DNA of 64,000 bases from Cyanobacteria bacterium P01_E01_bin.6 (GTDB lineage Bacteria > Cyanobacteriota > Cyanobacteriia > CAKZMO01). The stretch covers positions 3,970 to 67,969 of the forward strand of contig JBCCWF010000001.1 in assembly GCA_039194035.1 (NCBI GenBank). Direction: 5' to 3'. A program made the translations under genes and the position numbers. Shown here in pieces: positions 58,194 to 64,000 of this stretch. Within the stretch, counting starts at the first letter, position 1; each line of letters starts with the position of its first letter. Below the pieces are notes generated by a model. The model ran no database searches, was not told the DNA's origin, and worked only from the letters and a program-made list of their open reading frames with translations.

Positions 58194-59433
58194 TGACTAA
58201 ATTTTGTAGAGTGCAGGCTAACTGATTCAAGCTGTAGCAACTCATCGCATGCCGCGAATGAATTTGGTTTGCCCAGTACTGTAGATATTCAGGGTGTCGA
58301 CAGCAGCTTAATAGGGCATCTGCTATTGCTTTACCAGATATCTCAGGCAGGATCAGGCCATTTTGTTGATGATTCACAACTGCTCCGCAGTGACGCGACG
58401 CAATCACTGGCAGTTTCCATGTCTGGGCTTCAAGTTGAGTCAGCCCAAATCCATCTGAATGAGTCGGAAGTAAAAAGACATCGGCCTGCTGATAATAGTT
58501 TTGAACATGACTTCTGGGAACTCGTTCCACCCATTTGAGTTGTGGGTGTTTCATTAATGCTGATGGGAGAGTTAAGTCTGATGGTCCTACCAGCCAAATT
58601 TCGACGGGGTTTTGGTGGAGATAGGGAAGTGATTCCATTAACGCGGCAATGCCTTTTCGGAGAATAATTTGCCCTAAGAACAAAACGCGTAAGGGACGAA
58701 CGGATGTGAATTGGGTTGGGTAGGTTCGGGAAAACGTTGTGGCTTCTATCGGAGCTTGATGTGCCAGGGGGGCGATCGCTATTTTTTTCTTAGGAATACT
58801 CGCCTGAACTAGTGCTGTTTCGGACCAGGTGGAATTCACAATAATATGGTCGGCTAGCTCACATTCCTGCTGCCATTTCTGCCAATACAATTCAGGTGCA
58901 GGTGTCCAAGAAGATTGGTAGTGCGAACCGTAGCAAGCATGTAGTGTTGCGACTTGCTGTTCCTCGACAATGCCAGGATCAATCTGCCCAAGAACGTTAC
59001 ACCAACCCTGTTGCTTGGCATAGCGAAAGAGCTCTAACGCTGCGTAGCTGTAGCTGAAGAGAATGGGGCGATCGCCCGGTTTCAACTTAGCAGATAATGC
59101 TTTCAAAGATATTAGTGCATGGTGCTGAAACCATTGATTGCGGGCCAAAATCCTTGACCACCCAGTGGTTTGTGAAACAGTTTGCCTCAGTTCAAATGGA
59201 ATCAGTGAAGCGGTAAAGGATTGAACATGAGCTGTCTTTAGATCTGTGTGGTAGCGTTCGGCCAGTGATTGAGAAACGCTACCAGGTAAGTGATGAATCG
59301 GAGAGCGAGGGGGAACCCATGCATCAGTAATGAGGTATTGTAATTGCCCCGCCTGATGTAGTGCGCGAGGAATAGAGTAGTGTTCTCGTGCCCCAATTTG
59401 GCAACAAATCCAGGAATAGGTAGGCATTCTCAA
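58180..59433 (-). CDS. glycosyltransferase family 1
   Basis: C-terminal GT1 motif (DVFLLPTHSDGFGLTQLEAQTWKLPVIAS). Confidence 0.65.
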   Translation of the reverse strand: MRMPTYSWICCQIGAREHYSIPRALHQAGQLQYLITDAWVPPRSPIHHLPGSVSQSLAERYHTDLKTAHVQSFTASLIPFELRQTVSQTTGWSRILARNQWFQHHALISLKALSAKLKPGDRPILFSYSYAALELFRYAKQQGWCNVLGQIDPGIVEEQQVATLHACYGSHYQSSWTPAPELYWQKWQQECELADHIIVNSTWSETALVQASIPKKKIAIAPLAHQAPIEATTFSRTYPTQFTSVRPLRVLFLGQIILRKGIAALMESLPYLHQNPVEIWLVGPSDLTLPSALMKHPQLKWVERVPRSHVQNYYQQADVFLLPTHSDGFGLTQLEAQTWKLPVIASRHCGAVVNHQQNGLILPEISGKAIADALLSCCRHPEYLQYWANQIHSRHAMSCYSLNQLACTLQNLVNASA

Positions 59434-59439
59434 ATGTCT

Positions 59440-60279
59440 CTATTTAGGTTGAAACACAGTGTTGTTTACCCATGTGTCATCCGTGAGATAGCCAAGTTTG
59501 AGCAGCAAATCCCCTGCTTCTTGGTGGAAAAAAACGCGATCGCTCTCCTTAAACGCCTCTTGCCATTGTTGGGTCTTTTGACCATTGTAGTAACCAATGA
59601 TGGCACTACTTTCCGGTTGCCATTGGGTCAACCGAGCCCAGCGCCCTTGCCAAATATTCTGAGGTGATTGAGGCAATAATGGTTCTACGTAACGTGGCAT
59701 CAACTCTAAACTTTCAGCGAGGCTAGCAATAGTCTGACGAGGTTTTTTGATAAGGTCTTCAAATTTCAGTACATAAATATCTGGCAAATCGGCCCAGGCT
59801 TTTACGTGCTCAGCCCATGCGCGAACTCTACTTTTTCCGTTTACCTGTTGTTGGAGAAATTCACTCAAGGAACATCGAGTTTCTGGCGAAAAGCTTTGCA
59901 TAAATACGTGCAATGAGCACAATACTGAACGACCATCCCTTACGACATAAATCTTGTGGGCTTTTTGATGAATCCATTCCTGCAATCCACCGTGCTCAGA
60001 TGTCAGATGTGCAAGTGCTGGATACGCATGGGTTTTAATCAAAGGACGTGGCGATCGCCCTAGGATGGTTATCGCTGTTTGTAGAGGAATACCCTTGCGT
60101 TTAGCTATTAATCCTTCAAGAGGAACATAAAGACGATCGAGCGGTTCGCCAGGGTATTTCCAGGACGCACAGGCTAAAAACTGTTTCCGGAGGGTATCAA
60201 TAGTGAGGTGAGTTCCTGAGCGGGGATGGCTGGCTACCAAAACTGGATTGGCCAAAGACCCTAGACAATTAGGCATCAA
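59440..60279 (-). CDS. sulfotransferase (PAPS-dependent)
   Basis: N-terminal 5'-PSB-like VLVASHPRSGTHLT. KIYVVRDGRSVLCSL (3'-PB-like RDxR). Confidence 0.6.
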   Translation of the reverse strand: MMPNCLGSLANPVLVASHPRSGTHLTIDTLRKQFLACASWKYPGEPLDRLYVPLEGLIAKRKGIPLQTAITILGRSPRPLIKTHAYPALAHLTSEHGGLQEWIHQKAHKIYVVRDGRSVLCSLHVFMQSFSPETRCSLSEFLQQQVNGKSRVRAWAEHVKAWADLPDIYVLKFEDLIKKPRQTIASLAESLELMPRYVEPLLPQSPQNIWQGRWARLTQWQPESSAIIGYYNGQKTQQWQEAFKESDRVFFHQEAGDLLLKLGYLTDDTWVNNTVFQPK

Positions 60280-60304
60280 GTGATGGTCTCTTTAATTAGG
60301 ATGG

Positions 60305-60844
60305 CTACAGAAGAAATGGAGCATAATTTAGGGAATACATAAGTTTAGATGTGCGATCGCCAATCTTCCGAGCTGGGTTGCCAGCTACAATTGTGTAAGG
60401 TTCTACATCCCTCGTGACCACAGCACCTGCACCGACAACGGCTCCGTCACCGATGGTGACACCAGGGAGAATAATGGCTCGATAAGCAATCCAAGCGCGA
60501 TCGCCAATCACCACATCCCCTCCCTTATCACTGAAGCTAGGACACTGAGGATCATGGCCTAACGTCAGAATTGTCGCTTCTGGACCAATCGATACATCAT
60601 TTCCTGTTTTGATAGTGTAGCGGCGACCATCAAATAAACAGCCAAAGTTAATGATGTTGCGATCGCCCAAATAAACTTTGCGACCATTTAGAAACCGACA
60701 TCCTATTTGGACAGAAGATTGTTTTCCTAGCAGAGCTAGATAGTGCCTTAGATAGAAATGACGAAGGCTACTAATGGGAAGATTACCAAATATAGAACTG
60801 TAAGAAAAGCTGAGGATAGAGCCGATAATAACTTTGTAGCTCAT
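60305..60844 (-). CDS. hexapeptide-repeat (LbH) acetyltransferase, WcaF/colanic-acid-type
   Basis: Repeated [LIV]GxxxxI hexapeptides (VVIGDRAWIAYRAIILPGVTIGDGAVVGAGAVV). Confidence 0.65.
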   Translation of the reverse strand: MSYKVIIGSILSFSYSSIFGNLPISSLRHFYLRHYLALLGKQSSVQIGCRFLNGRKVYLGDRNIINFGCLFDGRRYTIKTGNDVSIGPEATILTLGHDPQCPSFSDKGGDVVIGDRAWIAYRAIILPGVTIGDGAVVGAGAVVTRDVEPYTIVAGNPARKIGDRTSKLMYSLNYAPFLL

Positions 60845-60855
60845 AGAGAATCAAA

Positions 60856-61674
60856 TTATTTTTGAGCTTGGTAAGCTAATATAACTTCACAAGGTGAAGC
60901 TTCATTCTCCCCACCTTCAACAATATAGTTATGAACTTTGAGTAAATCGACAATAGATCTACCTTTAGTGTCAAAGTCATGAATTTCCATGCTAATCCAA
61001 CGAGGATATTGTTTTTGTTCAAGAAGAGTAGGGAGTACTTCATATTCAGCCCCTTCTATATCCAACTTCAACCAGCAATTCTCGCGAATTTGAGGCAAAA
61101 TACAGCGAATGGGAACTCCAGGTGGGTTTTCATTCACAAAGCCAGTTTCAGAAGACTTTGTATGATAGTAGAGCGTAGTATCTTTTGACCAAAGTCCAAG
61201 TTTATGGGTCTTAACCTGAAAGTTGTTCCGCTTGAGATTGTTGCAGAGTAGTTGGAAGTTGTCTGGATCGGGTTCATAGCAAACTATAGTTGCATTAGGA
61301 AATTGATGCGCAGCTTGTATTGCAAACATTCCGATGTTGGCTCCGCCATCGATAATCATCTCTGGTTCAAAATTAGGAACTTGATATCCCCCTCTTACAA
61401 ACTCTCCTGCCATCAAATAGTCGCCTTCATTGCCACGACGCATCAGAAATTTTACTTGCTTATTTTTATTCTTATTCCTAATTTCCAGTTTAACTTCGAT
61501 TAAGTTGTCAACGGTAACTGCATCGATTTGTTGGCGAAACCAAGATCTTATTTTAGGACGATGATGACCAATTACCCCCAATCCTGCAATTAGGAAGGCA
61601 ACTTTCTTATCTCGGAGAGAAATGCCTTGATTTGCATGACCTGAAAGTTGGAAAAGAGTTGAAAGAGTAGACAT
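60856..61674 (-). CDS. FkbM-family SAM-dependent methyltransferase
   Basis: IIDGGANIGMFAIQAAHQFPNATIVCYEPDPDNF matches the FkbM domain signature. Confidence 0.65.
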   Translation of the reverse strand: MSTLSTLFQLSGHANQGISLRDKKVAFLIAGLGVIGHHRPKIRSWFRQQIDAVTVDNLIEVKLEIRNKNKNKQVKFLMRRGNEGDYLMAGEFVRGGYQVPNFEPEMIIDGGANIGMFAIQAAHQFPNATIVCYEPDPDNFQLLCNNLKRNNFQVKTHKLGLWSKDTTLYYHTKSSETGFVNENPPGVPIRCILPQIRENCWLKLDIEGAEYEVLPTLLEQKQYPRWISMEIHDFDTKGRSIVDLLKVHNYIVEGGENEASPCEVILAYQAQK

Positions 61675-61724
61675 TTGTAAAGACTATAGACAGCTAGTTT
61701 AGAACTTCAGGAAAAGCTAATTCA

Positions 61725-62873
61725 TCAGTGCTCTAATGCTTTTAAGGTAAGATGAGCATTGCTTTCCCAAGAGTTCTCTTTAATGTAGGTATTCCAGTTC
61801 GCGGACGATGTTGCGGAACCTGAAAGCCATTGACTCAGTCCTAGTGCAATTGCTTTTGAGTTATCCGGCTCTACCCAAATTCCTAAGTTGTGACGATGGA
61901 TGACTGAAGTAAGACAACCCTCTCCTCCAGAAGCAAGACAAAGCTTATGGCACTGAACTGCCGTATTAAGAACACCACTAGCCGAACGAAAATTGCGGCT
62001 GTAAGTTAGCAAAATCAGATCTGTTGCCATAAAAAAGTCGGCAACCTCGCCATCTGGAATAAATCGAATCTGCCAACGAATGCGATCGCCCACTCCCAGT
62101 TCTTTCGCGAGTTCCTGGTAACCACGGGCTAATGGCCGACTAGATGATGATTCTTCACCTGCAATTACCAGGTAAACATCTGAAACTTCAGCCATAGCGC
62201 GAATTACCAAATCTAGATTCTTATTGGGTCGCAGGTGTCCAAATGCAAGCATGACTTTAGCTTCAATAGGTAAGTTGAGGCGCGATCGAATTTCCTCTCT
62301 CGATAGACTTGACTCTGGAAAACGATAAGGTCCGTGAGGAATAACTGTTGTTCGCAGTTGGGACATGGAGCGCACGGTATCTAGCTCAATGGCCTCATGG
62401 ACAAACGCTTCTCTCAGAAATGAGTAGCCACTGGCGATTGACCAACGGTGCCACCAGAGTGGCCCCAACACAAAGTCACGTACTGGGTCATGTACAACAG
62501 CCCCAAAAACAACTCCTTGGTGAGCCAAACGCCTTAGCGGACCAGTCCACAGGGGGGCAATATACTCTGAGTAGCTGCCGAATAAGACATGGCGAATCTG
62601 CTGCTGCCGAATCACCTGGACCAGGGTTTTGATATTGGCAATCGTGATAATAGTGTAGCGGCTGACCTTCAATATTGTGTTGTTGATAGGAGTATTGGGC
62701 TTCAGCTCTTGCAGCGTAGGGAGAATTTTATATTTCTCTCCCCGTCCAGTTGGGTAGTGGGGTGTGGTGAGCAGCGTGACATCAGCTCCAAGGTCAACTA
62801 ATGCGTTAGCTTGCTCATGGGCATAGTCAGCAATACCCCCATGGCTAACGGGAGAGTAATAAATTAGTTTCAT
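61725..62873 (-). CDS. glycosyltransferase family 1
   Basis: MKLIYYSPVSHGGIADYAHEQ. GT-B C-terminal domain. Confidence 0.6.
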   Translation of the reverse strand: MKLIYYSPVSHGGIADYAHEQANALVDLGADVTLLTTPHYPTGRGEKYKILPTLQELKPNTPINNTILKVSRYTIITIANIKTLVQVIRQQQIRHVLFGSYSEYIAPLWTGPLRRLAHQGVVFGAVVHDPVRDFVLGPLWWHRWSIASGYSFLREAFVHEAIELDTVRSMSQLRTTVIPHGPYRFPESSLSREEIRSRLNLPIEAKVMLAFGHLRPNKNLDLVIRAMAEVSDVYLVIAGEESSSSRPLARGYQELAKELGVGDRIRWQIRFIPDGEVADFFMATDLILLTYSRNFRSASGVLNTAVQCHKLCLASGGEGCLTSVIHRHNLGIWVEPDNSKAIALGLSQWLSGSATSSANWNTYIKENSWESNAHLTLKALEH

Positions 62874-62881
62874 TAGCTAGC

Positions 62882-63670
62882 TTAATTAAGTTGATATGCA
62901 TATTCATAAATCTCATATTCAAGCTCATGCCGTTGCTTAAAAGTTATAATTGACTTCTGAGAAGGTCTATTATCCCTTTCTGTAACATTTGAAATGGGAA
63001 TTTCAATGGATTGAAATCCTAGTTTTGAAGCTAAAATGTCAATAGATTTTTGATATTTTTCAAGAATACAGATATGGATGAAATTCTTGTTGATTATTTC
63101 TTTAAAGTTTCTGCTTGAAACTTCCCAAGGTAAAAGCTTTAACAGGTAAAAATCTCTATTCAAAAGCCATTCATCAATATTAGGAAATTCAAAGTCATTT
63201 TGCAGCTCTCCCTCCCAGTATAAATTTCCAGATAAAATCATTTTTCTCATGTAGTGAAAAAGAGAAATATGCATCTCTAATGGATCACGTAAAGTCATTA
63301 TGAATTGACATGCATCAGGATAATGATCGAATACATTTTCATTTGAGATATAGGGTTGAAAATGTCCATGAACACATTCAGGTTGTTTTACGCGCCTAAT
63401 AAATCCATACGTTCTATCCAGAGAAACTATCCTTTTTTTGGCAACCTTCCGGTGATTTTTGTAATGTAAATAGAGACCACATCCTAGAACTTGTTGTAGC
63501 TTGAGATCAATACCTTTGAATGTTAATAGACTAGCTAATCTAGGATGATCATTAAGATTTGGAAACGTAGTCTTATTAAACCACTTACTTAGAGCATATT
63601 CCAAACTGGAGCCACCTGTCTTAGGGATATGAAGAGAAAACAAAGGCTTACTTGGATCATATACTCTCAT
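62882..63670 (-). CDS. sulfotransferase family protein (Sulfotransfer_2/3-like)
   Basis: N-terminal LHIPKTGGSSLEY PAPS-binding motif typical of carbohydrate sulfotransferases. Confidence 0.55.
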   Translation of the reverse strand: MRVYDPSKPLFSLHIPKTGGSSLEYALSKWFNKTTFPNLNDHPRLASLLTFKGIDLKLQQVLGCGLYLHYKNHRKVAKKRIVSLDRTYGFIRRVKQPECVHGHFQPYISNENVFDHYPDACQFIMTLRDPLEMHISLFHYMRKMILSGNLYWEGELQNDFEFPNIDEWLLNRDFYLLKLLPWEVSSRNFKEIINKNFIHICILEKYQKSIDILASKLGFQSIEIPISNVTERDNRPSQKSIITFKQRHELEYEIYEYAYQLN

Positions 63671-63682
63671 AATTATGGCGTA

Positions 63683-63787
63683 ATAAGTACCTGAACGTAA
63701 TTAAAACTAAAAAAAAATCCTTTGCCACCCATGCAGCACGCAGGCGGCAAAGGATCTTGAAGGACACGTTTAAATTATGGCTATCTA
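63683..63787. repeat. MITE-like repeat family A copy 9 (inverted; hairpin variant CCTTTGCCACC / GGCGGCAAAGG)
   Basis: AAGTACCTGAACGTAATTAAAACTAAAAAAAAATCCTTTGCC...ACGTTTAAATTATGGCTATCTACTTA. Confidence 0.65.
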
Positions 63788-64000
63788 CTTACAATGTATC
63801 TACCAGTCTTCATTTCTGTAAAAATAGTGAGATATTTCTTCCACAGAGTTTCGAATTTTAGTAATTTCTTGAATATCGAGTTCTTTTTTCCATCGCATAA
63901 TATTTTCACGACTATTACGTTTTCTAAATGCCCAATCGCTTCCTGATGCTTTAGTAGGATTAGAAGTATTCGTGAAATCTTGAATGTAATTTTCAACAGG

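Noticed and set aside
63781-63996. 71-aa minus ORF at the window edge
   Set aside because: Overlaps MITE copy A9 and lies in AT-rich sequence at the window boundary. Cannot be evaluated.

Overview
This 64-kb window looks cyanobacterial: the HIP1 octamer GCGATCGC is very dense, and the window carries a phycobiliprotein-like gene, a petJ cytochrome c6 and ccsA/ccsB (system II cytochrome c maturation). Reading left to right:

- (1) 1-4003: the right end of an integrated element (two DNA methyltransferases and a tyrosine integrase) abutting tRNA-Val(UAC).
- (2) 5.9-20.2 kb: a co-directional minus-strand gene string that opens with an orphan contractile-tail baseplate module (gp25/GPW, baseplate-J TIGR02243-like, GpI/TIGR02242-like). 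It lacks sheath, tube, spike and ATPase. It continues into a Cache-HAMP-cNMP-binding sensor, a membrane WD40 protein, a membrane Ig-like-repeat protein and a TPR protein. A conserved ~70-nt intergenic motif and G-run tracts are embedded in it. This is the most unusual system in the window.
- (3) 20.4-24.6 kb: a small island (coiled-coil protein, HNH endonuclease), HxlR-linked flavin/NADP reductases, and an orphan phycobiliprotein-like gene.
- (4) 26.8-41 kb: a cytochrome c biogenesis and electron-transfer cluster. It holds CcsB plus a long CcsA, a Tat-lipoprotein Rieske protein, a membrane-anchored tandem di-globin, a pentaheme cytochrome with one CX4CH site and a hexaheme cytochrome (translationally coupled), a Tll0287-like c-heme protein, a thioredoxin, a ChaN heme-binding lipoprotein and a second CcsA paralogue. 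Multiheme cytochromes are atypical for cyanobacteria.
- (5) 44.6-46.5 kb: petJ with a BlaI/BlaR1-like (PetR/PetP-type) regulator pair.
- (6) 47.5-49.7 kb: an RTX-type calcium-binding protein with a poly-Asp tract.
- (7) 50.4-63.7 kb: an exopolysaccharide cluster with two sulfotransferases.

Two families of ~100-bp MITE-like hairpin repeats are scattered through intergenic regions, and their stems vary between copies in a compensatory way. Several short tandem repeats sit at gene 3' ends. No CRISPR array or rRNA was seen.
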